A stretch of 54,562 nt of DNA from a virus (IMGVR_UViG_2568526722_000002:1-54562); one strand, 5' to 3'; counted from the first letter of the stretch, positions 25,106-35,634 are shown. The notes: generated by a model not told the origin, from the sequence alone. Numbers and translations are program-made.

Positions 25106-26617
25106 TTATGCTCCTGTTGATTCAGCCTGCAGGCGAAACTGGTTAAGCAGCGCGAAGATGCGCAACTGGTTCATAAGCGTTCCCGGCCACAACACATCGA
25201 CGCGGTTCGGATTTGTTTTGTTCTGCTCCACGATAATGTTTCTGGCGAAGGCCTCAGCGTCCTGCGCGTAGCCGTTAAAGACCAGCGTCTGGTATTCCGC
25301 GATCTGATCGGCTCTGATGATGTTTGGCGTCACAATCGCCGCCCCCGGCGCAAAACGCGTGCCATCCGCGGCCAGCTTCATGCGACCAAATTTACTGGTC
25401 ACTGCAGTGCGGAGATATCGTGTGACAAACATCAGGCTGAAGAGCGTTTCCACCTGCAGGTAACTGTCGTCTTCGTCGCCATAGCTGTTTTTCTGGTAGG
25501 TGGTAATCAGGTTTTCAATCATCACCGTCCCGTCATCACCCACGGTGTAAGTGGAGATGCCGCTGTACAGCAGGTTATTGCGCTCTGTCAGTTCAAAGCG
25601 ATCCGCCAGGTCCGGTGCCAGCACGCCATAAACAGGCAGACTTTGTAGCGGGCGTCCGGGGTCATTACGCAGGCTGGGTGCAGCGGCCCCTGTCAGTGCC
25701 GCCGCCCAGATATAACGCGGTGATGGTGAGCGGTACACGCCAAGCAGTGACTCATGCTGGTTATTACGGGTTTCCCCTTTGGTGCCAAGCTCGGCGTAAG
25801 TGCCGTTGGTGGTGGTGAATGCGTGGCCATAAAGCTGTTTATCCCATGCCCAGCGGCCGGTTGCATCGTTCAGAAATTCTCTGATGGCATCCAGTGATGC
25901 GGTGTCATCATAAGGGTTGATGACAAAATCAAAGGTCTTATCCTGCAGGTTGCCAAGGGCATCAACAAAATCCGGCGCGCCGGCGCCGCCGGTCATGCCC
26001 GTGATGGTGAGTGTCAGGCCCGCGGGCGTCACCTCACCACCCTGAACACCGAGATAATTCAGCCTGATATCAATACCATTGCCCAGCAACCCGGCATTTT
26101 TGGCCGTCAGTGTCACGGTATCCGTTGCATCGGCTTTTACAGCAGCTGTCACCGGCAGTTCCGTTTTGCGGGTAATCGCCGCGACCAGCGCAGTGGCAAT
26201 CTGAGCCGGAGTGTCAGTCGCCAGTACGGTCAGTTGTACGCGAACGCCAGCAATATAAAGAGAGATAACGCCGGTTTCTGCCGCCTGTGTGGCAACCTTG
26301 ATACTGCCAGTTGCCACTGCCATCGAATCCGCATCATCAGCCAGCGGAAGGATCCAGACCTCCGCAGCAGTATCGTTTTTTTGATACGCCGTCATCATGC
26401 CATGCAGCATTGATCCTTTTCCGGTGAGCTCACCCACCGCATTGGGAGAGGAGACTTTTACCGGGATTTTTTCCTGTGCAGAGCCTGATGCCAGCATCTG
26501 ACCAATCAACAGCGTTCGTTGTGTAGCCGTCGCCGTGTTGGCCATGGAGTTATCAAACTCCACATAAAAAAGCGGCACACGTAAATTGCCGGGAACTCGC
26601 GAAAATGGAACGGTCAT
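25106..26617 (-). CDS. contractile tail sheath protein (Mu gpL-like)
   Basis: 503 aa, with N-terminus MTVPFSRVPGNLRVPLFYVEFDNS. Confidence 0.85.
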   Translation of the reverse strand: MTVPFSRVPGNLRVPLFYVEFDNSMANTATATQRTLLIGQMLASGSAQEKIPVKVSSPNAVGELTGKGSMLHGMMTAYQKNDTAAEVWILPLADDADSMAVATGSIKVATQAAETGVISLYIAGVRVQLTVLATDTPAQIATALVAAITRKTELPVTAAVKADATDTVTLTAKNAGLLGNGIDIRLNYLGVQGGEVTPAGLTLTITGMTGGAGAPDFVDALGNLQDKTFDFVINPYDDTASLDAIREFLNDATGRWAWDKQLYGHAFTTTNGTYAELGTKGETRNNQHESLLGVYRSPSPRYIWAAALTGAAAPSLRNDPGRPLQSLPVYGVLAPDLADRFELTERNNLLYSGISTYTVGDDGTVMIENLITTYQKNSYGDEDDSYLQVETLFSLMFVTRYLRTAVTSKFGRMKLAADGTRFAPGAAIVTPNIIRADQIAEYQTLVFNGYAQDAEAFARNIIVEQNKTNPNRVDVLWPGTLMNQLRIFALLNQFRLQAESTGA

Positions 26618-26799
26618 TTAATTACGCCCTCTTTTTTTACGGCGTTTTTAACGCCCTTTTCCGGTACCAGACTGACGTCACCATCCTTCAGGCGGCGACG
26701 CCAGAACGTATTATCAGGTACCTCCGCGCCATCTTTGGGCAAAGGCTCCCCCCTGACAGGGCAGCGAACGCTGAGCCCGTCCTTCGGTTTTACAAACAT
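26614..26799 (-). CDS. small protein, Mu gp38 / DUF2635-like
   Basis: 61 aa, immediately upstream of the sheath gene. Confidence 0.6.
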   Translation of the reverse strand: MFVKPKDGLSVRCPVRGEPLPKDGAEVPDNTFWRRRLKDGDVSLVPEKGVKNAVKKEGVIK

Positions 26800-26801
26800 G
26801 A

Positions 26802-27347
26802 TTACTCCTGAAGGTCTATTTTTACGCCCGGCTGCGGCGTACCGTCCGGCATGTCGATGGTGATGTCGATCCCCGCCAGCGGCACCGTATCGACCGGATA
26901 AAAGTCTTCCGGTCCCTGATAGTGCTCAATATCAATTTCGATAAGCAGCTGGCCCATATGCGCTTCACCATCCGCATCAACATCAATCGTCGAGCGGACC
27001 TCCGCATATTTCTGGATGTTCCGGGTTAACTCGTAGCTGTTAATCACCGCCCTTTCTACCTGTTCCCGGAGCTCTTCCAGCGCAACCTCCGCGCGCATGG
27101 CGCCATCATCAGTGGTTTCACTGTCGTACTCCTGAACCCGGCCAGTAATGCGAACGGTGGTCAAAGAGGTAAAGGCCGGGACATTTCTCCCCTGCGCCTT
27201 TTTGTGATCAAATGGCGTCTGAACAAGCAACGCTGGGTACAGGTCCGGCGAAGTTGCCCAGTCACGCGGGGAATACACACGATCGGCGGCAGCCGTTTTA
27301 TCTTTCAGCGCGGCCACGACCATGTGTCGTATTGCGGAAGCATTCAT
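26802..27347 (-). CDS. neck / tail-completion protein
   Basis: 181 aa, called from synteny. Confidence 0.55.
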   Translation of the reverse strand: MNASAIRHMVVAALKDKTAAADRVYSPRDWATSPDLYPALLVQTPFDHKKAQGRNVPAFTSLTTVRITGRVQEYDSETTDDGAMRAEVALEELREQVERAVINSYELTRNIQKYAEVRSTIDVDADGEAHMGQLLIEIDIEHYQGPEDFYPVDTVPLAGIDITIDMPDGTPQPGVKIDLQE

Positions 27348-27703
27348 CGGGTTTTCGCCACATTGAGAACAAGACGTGAGCCGCCATGGCTGTCCGGTTC
27401 GACGTTGGACACAACAAATAACTGATTGATGATCTGACCTCCGACCGTTTTGATAAACACACGGTCAGATACGGCAGGTTGCGGTTTACCCAACTGACGA
27501 AATTCAGCATCGCGCACCCCAAGCATTGGGCTGGAGGTGTTAATTTCTGAATCACCATCAAGATTTTCTGCAACCTGCGCATAGCCACGGTCAAAAATAC
27601 CGTTAATCGTAAAAGGAGTACCGTTGCGGGGACGGTACTCATGCTCATCGCCAAACACGCCATGGAGCGGACTCAGAAGATGTAAATCCCAGTCCACGCC
27701 CAT
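27344..27703 (-). CDS. head-tail joining protein
   Basis: 119 aa. The ...FGDEHEYRP..GTPFTINGIFD......VVSNVEPDSHGGSRLVL pattern matches the head-tail joining family. Confidence 0.6.
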   Translation of the reverse strand: MGVDWDLHLLSPLHGVFGDEHEYRPRNGTPFTINGIFDRGYAQVAENLDGDSEINTSSPMLGVRDAEFRQLGKPQPAVSDRVFIKTVGGQIINQLFVVSNVEPDSHGGSRLVLNVAKTR

Positions 27704-27707
27704 ATGC

Positions 27708-28085
27708 TCACTCCGTTGTTATTTTCACACCACGCGCAGCAGATAACGCGCGCTGTCGCAGAGCATGGACATCGGCAATTACACCTGCGGCCAGCAGACG
27801 CTCGGCATCCTTACCGGAGACCGGAATTAGGGAGTTTTCCCGGTAAACCTCACCGTCATGGCGAATGCAGTTCCCTTTCAGGACCACAAACTCAGGTTCC
27901 GCTACTTCCTGAAAATCTTCTTCATCGTCATCCTGATCATCAGATGAATCGCCGTCTTTTTCGTCATACTGATGCGTCATCTGAACGCTGCCGCCGGCAT
28001 TCAGGTCGTCGATATTCAGGGCGTCTTCGGTGGCGCCTTCAGCATTCAGATCATCGACCTGCTCGGTTTTAGAGATTTTTGCCAT
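27708..28085 (-). CDS. hypothetical acidic head-associated protein
   Basis: 125 aa with a D/E-rich centre, downstream of the major capsid gene. Confidence 0.5.
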   Translation of the reverse strand: MAKISKTEQVDDLNAEGATEDALNIDDLNAGGSVQMTHQYDEKDGDSSDDQDDDEEDFQEVAEPEFVVLKGNCIRHDGEVYRENSLIPVSGKDAERLLAAGVIADVHALRQRALSAARGVKITTE

Positions 28086-28086
28086 A

Positions 28087-29136
28087 TCAGACCACCGTCG
28101 CGCAGAGGGATGCGTTTACCCGGCTCGGAATAACCAGCGGGGAGGATTGCATCAGGATAAGACGCTGGGCCGGATCTTCTTTCACCCAGGATTTTGGCGC
28201 ATAGGCCAGGGGACCGTAGTTAAATGCCGGGTCCAGGATAACGCCAAAAGCGCGGGTACCCATCAGATCAGCGCCAGACATAATAACGGCGCCGTCGGGG
28301 ATCATCGGCTTCTCGACATTATCAAGTGGGTCAATAAACCAGTCGTTATATAACCAGAGGTCAAAGTTACCCCAGCGACCTTTATAAATAGCGCCCTTCA
28401 TCGCCTGTGGACCAGCATTAATCTGGTTACCAAACGGGCTCAGCGCCGGGAACGTGATGGCGTTATCTTTGATGGTGGTGTCCAGTCGGAAAGCACGCCA
28501 TGACTTGCTTGTGAACACCAGATCTGTCGCGACGGAACCGGATTCTTTCAGGAAAAGCGTCTGCCAGATTTCAATATCATCAGAGGGCTGGGTATTAGTG
28601 GCACCCGCGGCAACCGTCAACGGCCACTTATCTGAACCACTCAGAGTGATAGTCAAATCCGGAGAGCGCCCGAAATCCACCACTTTGGTTTCATAGCCTT
28701 CCCCGGCAACCGTGACGGTACCGGACACCAGCGCGCTGGCCGCCATCCATTCCAGCCGACGGTTGATCATGTCAATCTGATCAGTCATCTCAAACTGCAG
28801 GTTCAACATTTCGCGTTCTGCGGCGGTATATTCACCGCCAATACGCTCACCAATCTGGCGGCGGATAGGTTTACGCAGGTCCGGCGCCCGCTTGTCTTTG
28901 ATGTACGCCGGTTTGAACGTATTGGTCTGGTATTTACGGGACTCGACCAGCTTACCTTCCACCAGCGGGGAGACGAATGGCGCCATACGACGTAGGCCGA
29001 CATCCACGTCAATCGCTACTTCTTCGGTCTCATAAGTCACGACGTTCGGGAAGAAGCGATCAAGCAGCCAGTTCTGACTGGTTTTCAGGTTAGGAACGAC
29101 CTGCGCCAGCACACTGGTATCATAAATATTTTCCAT
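28087..29136 (-). CDS. major capsid protein, lambda gpE-like
   Basis: 349 aa with N-terminus MENIYDTSVLAQVVPNLKTSQNWLLDRFFPN... Preceded by a D-like decoration gene. Confidence 0.85.
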   Translation of the reverse strand: MENIYDTSVLAQVVPNLKTSQNWLLDRFFPNVVTYETEEVAIDVDVGLRRMAPFVSPLVEGKLVESRKYQTNTFKPAYIKDKRAPDLRKPIRRQIGERIGGEYTAAEREMLNLQFEMTDQIDMINRRLEWMAASALVSGTVTVAGEGYETKVVDFGRSPDLTITLSGSDKWPLTVAAGATNTQPSDDIEIWQTLFLKESGSVATDLVFTSKSWRAFRLDTTIKDNAITFPALSPFGNQINAGPQAMKGAIYKGRWGNFDLWLYNDWFIDPLDNVEKPMIPDGAVIMSGADLMGTRAFGVILDPAFNYGPLAYAPKSWVKEDPAQRLILMQSSPLVIPSRVNASLCATVV

Positions 29137-29234
29137 ATTCAGTCTCTTGATAATGCCAGCTAGACGCTGGCATAAATTTTAAATAGGTCAGCGCCTGCCG
29201 GTTAAAGCATTCGCCAGGATAAATGAGGGATAAA

Positions 29235-29642
29235 TCAGGAGGTGGTTAAAGGTGCCTGGGCGCTGTCTTTCAGGAAGATGGCCAGCGGACGTAGTGCTGT
29301 TTTCAGTTCCGGCGCAGTCCAGGAATCGTCAAAAATAATATGATTCTGGTTGAACTCGCCCATCAGGTACAGGCCGCCGGACTGATCGCCATGGGTGGAA
29401 GCGTCAACATCATCAACCAGAATGGCCGCTGGCGTCTCGCTACCATCCGTTGCGGTTTTCACACTGGCTGTATATTTGCCACTGGCGGTGATCATGCCAA
29501 GCACAGTGCCACGCTTATACACACCGCCGGTGATCGTGCCGGTGTCAGTGACCAGTTGCAGCGTACCGGCAATTAACTGATCCGGCACAAACACTGAACT
29601 CTTCATGCCAGGTGCAAAGGCATTCTGACCAAATTGATCCAT
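29235..29642 (-). CDS. head decoration protein, lambda gpD-like
   Basis: 135 aa, positioned between scaffold and capsid genes. Confidence 0.7.
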   Translation of the reverse strand: MDQFGQNAFAPGMKSSVFVPDQLIAGTLQLVTDTGTITGGVYKRGTVLGMITASGKYTASVKTATDGSETPAAILVDDVDASTHGDQSGGLYLMGEFNQNHIIFDDSWTAPELKTALRPLAIFLKDSAQAPLTTS

Positions 29643-30232
29643 TATTTCTCTCCTTTAATGGAGTTGTAGAGGCCGGTCATCTGGTTTACCAGTGCCGATT
29701 TACCGTTCTCTTTCTTGCCGCCATCCGGATTCAGACGGACATCATGGCTTTCCTGCATGCGCTGATCGAGAGAGCGCCCGCGCGTTGCCTTTGGTTGCAA
29801 GGCTGGCGCCGTGGATGCCAGAACATCGATAGCGGCGGCAGAGCTCATCCCGGTATTGAATGCGAGTGAAGCGGCCAGTGACGGATTCGCCGCAGCGTGC
29901 TTACTGCCGAAGATACGGGCGCAACGTTTACGCTCGGCGGCGCGGGCATTTTTCACCGCTTTGCTTTCTTTGCGGTCATCGTCGCCGTCATCTTCGGAAT
30001 CGTCATCGTCTTCAGCCGCATCCGGGTCGTCACCGTCATCTTCAGCGTCATCATCACGATCGTCGTTTTCCGCGTCATCTTCGCGTTCATCGTCCCCGGC
30101 ATCATCTTCGCGCTCATCCTCTTCCGCGCGACGGCCTTTCGCTTTTTTGGCCTTTTTGTCCTCTTCCTCTTCGGAAGCAGTCGCGCCACGGCCAATAAGA
30201 TGAGCAAAACTAAAAGTCTTTTTCTTCGCCAT
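29642..30232 (-). CDS. hyper-acidic scaffolding-like protein
   Basis: Start at MAKKKTF, with an AGGAG SD 2 nt after the protease stop. Carries a ~70-residue D/E tract. Confidence 0.6.
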   Translation of the reverse strand: MAKKKTFSFAHLIGRGATASEEEEDKKAKKAKGRRAEEDEREDDAGDDEREDDAENDDRDDDAEDDGDDPDAAEDDDDSEDDGDDDRKESKAVKNARAAERKRCARIFGSKHAAANPSLAASLAFNTGMSSAAAIDVLASTAPALQPKATRGRSLDQRMQESHDVRLNPDGGKKENGKSALVNQMTGLYNSIKGEK

Positions 30233-30233
30233 T

Positions 30234-31100
30234 TCAGGCTCCTGTTTTTTCAAGTAAGTTTCTGAACGCAGCATCAGGAGGACACACCTCATCAGCCAGT
30301 CCAAGTTCCACACCATCAGCAGCCATAAAACAGGCAGCCTGAGTACTTTTGATAACCTTTGCGCTAATCCCCCGATTTCTGGCGACGGTATTCACAAACA
30401 ATTCGCCCATGGTGTTGATGTCCTGCTGAATAGCCGCCAGCGCTTCATCTGACAGCTCTCTCAGCGGTGCCCCCTCAGCCTTACGGGAACCGTAGGTGAT
30501 GATGGTGACTTTGAGGCCGTCATCTTTTATCCGCTGGGTCCAGTCAAGGTGCATAGTGATCACACCAACTGAACCCACACCACCGGTTCGGGGAACAGAA
30601 ATCCGGTCCGCCGCACTGGCAATCGCATAGGCGGCGGAATAGGCGCTTTCCGTCAGAATGGCATGGATGGGCTTTTTCCCGCGGGCGCCATAAATGACAT
30701 CGACCAGATCGAAACATCCGGCGACCTCGCCTCCTGGCGAATCAATATCCAGGCAGATCCCTGTAATATCGGGGTCTTCCATCGCAGTCAGGAAGGCCTG
30801 GCGAATGCCGTCATAGCCTGTCATGCCACTGTATGGGCGCAGGCTACCCAGCTTCTGCACCAGGGTCCCACATATCGGAATGACAGCGACGCCCAACACA
30901 TTGTCATAACCCGGGTCGCTACGGGATTCCCGCCCCCGGTTATCATCGTATCCATACCAGTCATCATCCATGGCAAGAGAGGATTCGATTTTACTGATGC
31001 CAAACCGGTCCATAACGGATGCCATGATGACTTCAGCTTTACTTGGGTGCAGCGCCAGCGGTGTATTAAAAAGGCGCTGGGCCAGATGAGGTAGATTCAC
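30234..31100 (-). CDS. head maturation protease, S49 (SppA/ClpP-like, lambda gpC family)
   Basis: 288 aa. ...IDSPGGEVAG... and ...ESAYSAAYAIASAADRI... are typical of S49 peptidases. Confidence 0.85.
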   Translation of the reverse strand: MNLPHLAQRLFNTPLALHPSKAEVIMASVMDRFGISKIESSLAMDDDWYGYDDNRGRESRSDPGYDNVLGVAVIPICGTLVQKLGSLRPYSGMTGYDGIRQAFLTAMEDPDITGICLDIDSPGGEVAGCFDLVDVIYGARGKKPIHAILTESAYSAAYAIASAADRISVPRTGGVGSVGVITMHLDWTQRIKDDGLKVTIITYGSRKAEGAPLRELSDEALAAIQQDINTMGELFVNTVARNRGISAKVIKSTQAACFMAADGVELGLADEVCPPDAAFRNLLEKTGA

Positions 31101-32731
31101 TTTTCCTCCGGATCGGTAATTGTCTGGCTGGCGAACTGGTCCGCCTGCGCCCAGCTAGGTAATGGAAGTCCGCGCTTCAGGCAGGACTCAATTTCCCGCT
31201 GGCGCTGATCAAGTATCTCTTCCCAGTCCTCACCCACGTTTTCACCCACTTCAATTTCGAGAGTGGAAAGGCCCGCATCGAGGCCGAGGATGGCGCCTTT
31301 TTTCTCTGCCACCGGATCAACCCATCCTCGTCCCGGCCCCATCCAGCGCGCACGTGAATACGCTGCCCGGGCCTCAACAAAATCGGGGGCATTCGACGGA
31401 AGAGGCAAATCCTCATTATCGTGGACCTCTTCAACAAAGGCTGTCAGCACAGGCTGCGCGGTACCCATGGAAAAATCATCGCGCCGGCGGGTGAGTGTTT
31501 TCCATGCCTCGAGCAAGGAGGAGCGTGCAGAGCTGTAATTCACATCAGACCAGTCCTGTGTAACCTGCTGCGGAGATAACCCCGTGCCGGAAGAGAAATT
31601 ACGCAGAACTGCAGACTCGAAAACCTCAAAGTTGCTGTACGGACGGGCTGCATTGACCGTTGTTATTTTCTCGCCGGGGTACAGAATTGGCATGCGGGCG
31701 CCATTCTGCAGCGTTAAACGACGATCATTATGAAATTCAGCCCGGCCGTCCTGATATGCCCCTAACCCTTCCTCGAAGTTTTCCCCCAGCGCGGACTGGA
31801 TCATTTCGGGATCGTATGGAGACTCAATATACGCGGCGAAGATAGCATTCAGAATTGCTGCTTCCAGCTCGCTCTGGTCGTACTTCACCAGCATCTTCAG
31901 ACGTTGCACCACTGGAGTCAGAATGCCATTCCCCCGATGCTGAGCTCCACGCTCATGGTCAAAGTCGTGCACAACGTGCGGGCGCCCCCAGTCGGTTTCC
32001 CGCGGTATCCTCCGCCATGTCATCGTTTTGGCGCCACTCCACCAGTCACCGATATGTGCTTCACGTATGTGATAAGCCACAGGTGCGCCGTCAGCATCAA
32101 TTTCAACGCCGCCGCGAATATTGGGCATATCAAAATTCTGCTGTGGGTTGCTGAGTCTGTCGGGATCAACAACCTGCACCGTCGTGGCATAACGCCCCTT
32201 ACCTGGTCCAAGGCGATCGGTGCGATACTGGAGCACCATCAGGGCGTCGCCATCTATCAGCTTGTGGCGAAAAGCCAGGCGCAACATTTGTGGAACGGTT
32301 AGCTTGCGCTCAACGTCACAATAACGGCCTGTGTCGTATGCCCAGGTTCTCCAGTGGGAGGCGAGTGCTTTTCCGTACTCTTCCGCCCATACTGCGTCAA
32401 AACTTTTATTGCCTGTCATCATCCGTAATACACGATAGTCAGGCTTCATGATCGGACGGAAATTGGCGCCGACCGCATTATCAAGCAGGCGAGTTATGGC
32501 ACCATTGGCCCATCCATCATTTCGGACCAGATCCCGCGCACGGGAAACTATACGGTCACGGTAGATATTAATTTCGTTATCCGGTGACCATAGTGCGGGC
32601 TGCCAGTTCGCCAGTTGATCGCTGAAGGAATCCGCGGCGTCATATGGCACCCGGCTACCGCCCGTCAACATGCTGGGTTTTGGTGCCTGATAAGGTCTCC
32701 CGTCAGGACCAAGGATTTGCACTTTATTCAT
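31097..32731 (-). CDS. portal protein, lambda gpB family
   Basis: 544 aa, after the gpW-like gene and terminase. Confidence 0.85.
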   Translation of the reverse strand: MNKVQILGPDGRPYQAPKPSMLTGGSRVPYDAADSFSDQLANWQPALWSPDNEINIYRDRIVSRARDLVRNDGWANGAITRLLDNAVGANFRPIMKPDYRVLRMMTGNKSFDAVWAEEYGKALASHWRTWAYDTGRYCDVERKLTVPQMLRLAFRHKLIDGDALMVLQYRTDRLGPGKGRYATTVQVVDPDRLSNPQQNFDMPNIRGGVEIDADGAPVAYHIREAHIGDWWSGAKTMTWRRIPRETDWGRPHVVHDFDHERGAQHRGNGILTPVVQRLKMLVKYDQSELEAAILNAIFAAYIESPYDPEMIQSALGENFEEGLGAYQDGRAEFHNDRRLTLQNGARMPILYPGEKITTVNAARPYSNFEVFESAVLRNFSSGTGLSPQQVTQDWSDVNYSSARSSLLEAWKTLTRRRDDFSMGTAQPVLTAFVEEVHDNEDLPLPSNAPDFVEARAAYSRARWMGPGRGWVDPVAEKKGAILGLDAGLSTLEIEVGENVGEDWEEILDQRQREIESCLKRGLPLPSWAQADQFASQTITDPEEK

Positions 32732-32994
32732 CAGAATCTGAACCTCACTGGCTTCCGTGGCCGGGCGACAATTCCCAGTTGCGCCTGCAGCAACTGAATC
32801 AGCGCCAGCAGGTCGGCGAGAGAGCTTTGCTGATAGGAGACAGAGCGCGTCCCATCACCCTGCGTATAGGAGAATGAGACGCCACGGCTGCCGGTAGTCA
32901 GGTCGATATAAGCCTGCTGCGCTTTCTGCAGAGCGTCTCTGAGCTGCTCATCAGTCATCCCACCAGCAAGTAAGCTCGTGTTTCGGTTAAACAT
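32731..32994 (-). CDS. head-to-tail joining protein gpW-like
   Basis: 87 aa, between terminase and portal. Confidence 0.7.
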   Translation of the reverse strand: MFNRNTSLLAGGMTDEQLRDALQKAQQAYIDLTTGSRGVSFSYTQGDGTRSVSYQQSSLADLLALIQLLQAQLGIVARPRKPVRFRF

Positions 32995-33002
32995 GGTTTT
33001 CC

Positions 33003-35135
33003 TTATTGCGGCAGGAGTTTAGAAATGTTCTTACGCTTAACAGGAGCCATAGCCTCATCCACGATGGCACCCGGTAATTCGTAATTGATTTTTTCTTCTG
33101 GCTCGGCTGGCGCCGGCAGGAACTTATCGGGATCGGCCTGAAGGTTAGCGGCCCGAACATTGAGTTTTAATCCCATATGTTTCAGCCCACACAACGCGGC
33201 ATAGCTGTAAACGAGGCAGTCGAGTGCTTCGTTCGCCCGTCCGGGGATAGGCTCCCAGACACTGAATCGCTGTCCGGCCACCACTTTGTAAACCAGTCGC
33301 TCAGCCAGTAGCTGGTTGAAATATCCGAGGTCACGATCATCCGGGAAGTGCATATAGCCCGCACCGGCAGTACCTAAAGCTGGCGGTTCAAGATGCAGAC
33401 GACCACGGATAACATCTTTCGCAGAGTTCACGCCAAGTATAATTGGCCTGAAGCTGGCTTTACTTTTCGATGTCGGTCGCTTGGTTGGCCAGACGGGGTT
33501 GCGTTTCCCACCCTGCGCAGATTCGCCCTTGATAGCCCAGACGCGGCGCCCAAGGCGATCTTTGCAGAACTCATAAACCTTTTGCGTGTGGTGACCGCCG
33601 GAGTCCATACATGCAGCCAGAATATTCAGCCCTCGCCCGTCGCCGCGCCGCCATATCTGTTTCAGGTACGCATCGAGGCGCTTCCACGGTTCCTCAGTCT
33701 CCAGATCGCCATAAATGACGTCATGCGCAACTGACCACGATTCCTCGTCCCGTCCCCAGCCAGTGATCGTGATTTCGAATCGGTCATCCTGGGTATCGAC
33801 GCCCGCAGTTAACAATGCCACGCCATCAGGAACGACGGCCGGGAAGACTTCACGGCGCGCCAGCAGGACATCAACCGGGAGCTGTTTCCCGTGGTTAGGT
33901 CGGTGCGGCAACCCCATCTGGGTGTTCCACCAGGCCTGTTCCTTATCCGGATCCCCTTTCGCATCGAGGTATTTCTTTGCAATGTCCGACGGCTTGTCTT
34001 TCTGCCAGGGACTAAACAGCTTTGACGCCTGGTACCCGGCGTGGTGATTATCCAGCGCCTCGGCCCCACAGTCCGGGCAAATCGCCCGGTATACGGCATG
34101 CCGTTCCGACTCCGACCAGCGCCAGACAGTATCAACACTCCCCTCATCGCCTTCATGCCATTTCTGGTCGTATTCCATTAATGGAGAATGGCGGGAACCG
34201 CAGCATTCAAACGGTTTGGTCTGATGCCAGCGGATTGTCTGTAATGCCCGCAGGCGCTCACCTTCCGACCAGCCAGCGCCACAACATTCACAATGGATCA
34301 TGGCCGCTTTGGTCAGGTGCTTATCGCCTTCTTTCGGCCATTGAACATGTTTGAAGAAATCAAGGAACTGTCGATGCCCGCAGTGGGGGCAAACTACAGA
34401 GGCCCGCCGCTGATCAGAATCTTCGTAACTGTCAGCAATCCGGCTTTCGTCCTCAACAGTCGGTGAACAAGCCCGCACTGAAAGCCAGTTAAGGCCAAAT
34501 GTGGCGGTTCGTTCTTCCGCCAGAGCAATGGGATCACCTTCACGTGTAATCGGATATTTATCCACCTCATCCGCCAGCAGAACACGGATAGGACGGCGCG
34601 CAAGGTTATCTGGACTACCGGCACCGGCCAGCGCCAGAAATCCGCCCGTGAAAGCTTTATACAGAATGGTTTCTTTCGAACTCTTCTGCTTTGAGTCACC
34701 GATAATGTTACGCAAGACAGGCGTTACGCGAACCAACGGGCTGATGCGTTCTTTGGAAAACTGCTCGGCAGCCTCTTCCTTCGGCTGCAGTAGCAGAATC
34801 GGGCATGGATCGAGGTGCGCGAAATAACCAAACAGGTTTTCCAGCAGCGCGGTTTTCATTAACTGGGTACAGCACATCACGGTAATAATGTGGACGCCCG
34901 ATTCCGTCGCGGCGAGCATCGGCCCGCGGGCAATCTCAACCGTTGATGTTTCCCAGTTCCCGGAGGTGCTGCCAGCTTCTTTCGCCAGCTTCCGGTAGTC
35001 ATCGGCCCATTGCGGGACGCTGATGCGTGGCGGCGGTGTCCATCCCTTACGGACACTCAGTTGAAGACGCTCAATCTTCCGCTGGGTTAAACTCTGGTTC
35101 TCCGAGGACTGAGATATGTTTGTGGACATGTTCAA
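33003..35135 (-). CDS. terminase large subunit, lambda gpA family
   Basis: 710 aa. Contains a Walker-type ATPase region and a C-x-x-C zinc segment (VCPHCGHRQ). Confidence 0.9.
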   Translation of the reverse strand: MNMSTNISQSSENQSLTQRKIERLQLSVRKGWTPPPRISVPQWADDYRKLAKEAGSTSGNWETSTVEIARGPMLAATESGVHIITVMCCTQLMKTALLENLFGYFAHLDPCPILLLQPKEEAAEQFSKERISPLVRVTPVLRNIIGDSKQKSSKETILYKAFTGGFLALAGAGSPDNLARRPIRVLLADEVDKYPITREGDPIALAEERTATFGLNWLSVRACSPTVEDESRIADSYEDSDQRRASVVCPHCGHRQFLDFFKHVQWPKEGDKHLTKAAMIHCECCGAGWSEGERLRALQTIRWHQTKPFECCGSRHSPLMEYDQKWHEGDEGSVDTVWRWSESERHAVYRAICPDCGAEALDNHHAGYQASKLFSPWQKDKPSDIAKKYLDAKGDPDKEQAWWNTQMGLPHRPNHGKQLPVDVLLARREVFPAVVPDGVALLTAGVDTQDDRFEITITGWGRDEESWSVAHDVIYGDLETEEPWKRLDAYLKQIWRRGDGRGLNILAACMDSGGHHTQKVYEFCKDRLGRRVWAIKGESAQGGKRNPVWPTKRPTSKSKASFRPIILGVNSAKDVIRGRLHLEPPALGTAGAGYMHFPDDRDLGYFNQLLAERLVYKVVAGQRFSVWEPIPGRANEALDCLVYSYAALCGLKHMGLKLNVRAANLQADPDKFLPAPAEPEEKINYELPGAIVDEAMAPVKRKNISKLLPQ

Positions 35136-35634
35136 TCAGCACCTCTGTCATCCTGTCCGCCGGCACATTCAGATCGGCAGCCATCAATGGTGCCACGCGT
35201 GAAGGCCAGTTAAGCCATGCATCACGCTGCTGGCGAAAGGCGTTAAACAGAACCTCCTCGGCGATGGCCAATTCAATTGTCTGGCCGCTGTCTTTTTCAT
35301 ACTGGAGCTTTGCCTGCAGGGCCATATAATTTTCACGGATCCGCGCGGCCTCTTCCCTGGAAAGGTCAGCACCTTCTGTAAGCATTATCTGGCGAACGGT
35401 TTCATCAATTTCATCGTCGCCATCATTCCGGGGGTCTGAGGCTTTTTTCTTCTTCGCGTTTGATGCCCGCGGATCTTTTCCATCGCGGTTTTTCTTCAAC
35501 GCCGCATCGCTGGCTTCAACATCTATCAGGTCACCGTCCATAACGATAAACCGACCGGCTTTAATCCAGCGGCCAATGGTCTTGCGGTCAACGCCTGAAT
35601 GTTGTGCGTACTGACTCTGGTTCATCGTGGTCAT
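35071..35634 (-). CDS. terminase small subunit, Nu1-like (N-terminal HTH)
   Basis: MTTMNQSQYAQHSGVDRKTIGRWIKAG.... Overlaps the large-subunit start. Confidence 0.8.
   Translation of the reverse strand: MTTMNQSQYAQHSGVDRKTIGRWIKAGRFIVMDGDLIDVEASDAALKKNRDGKDPRASNAKKKKASDPRNDGDDEIDETVRQIMLTEGADLSREEAARIRENYMALQAKLQYEKDSGQTIELAIAEEVLFNAFRQQRDAWLNWPSRVAPLMAADLNVPADRMTEVLIEHVHKHISVLGEPEFNPAED

Noticed and set aside
29811-30265. Ser-rich, Arg/His-rich and Phe/Ile-rich ORFs opposite to or overlapping the acidic scaffold gene
   Set aside because: These are shadow frames generated by the GAN/GAY repeat that encodes the D/E tract.
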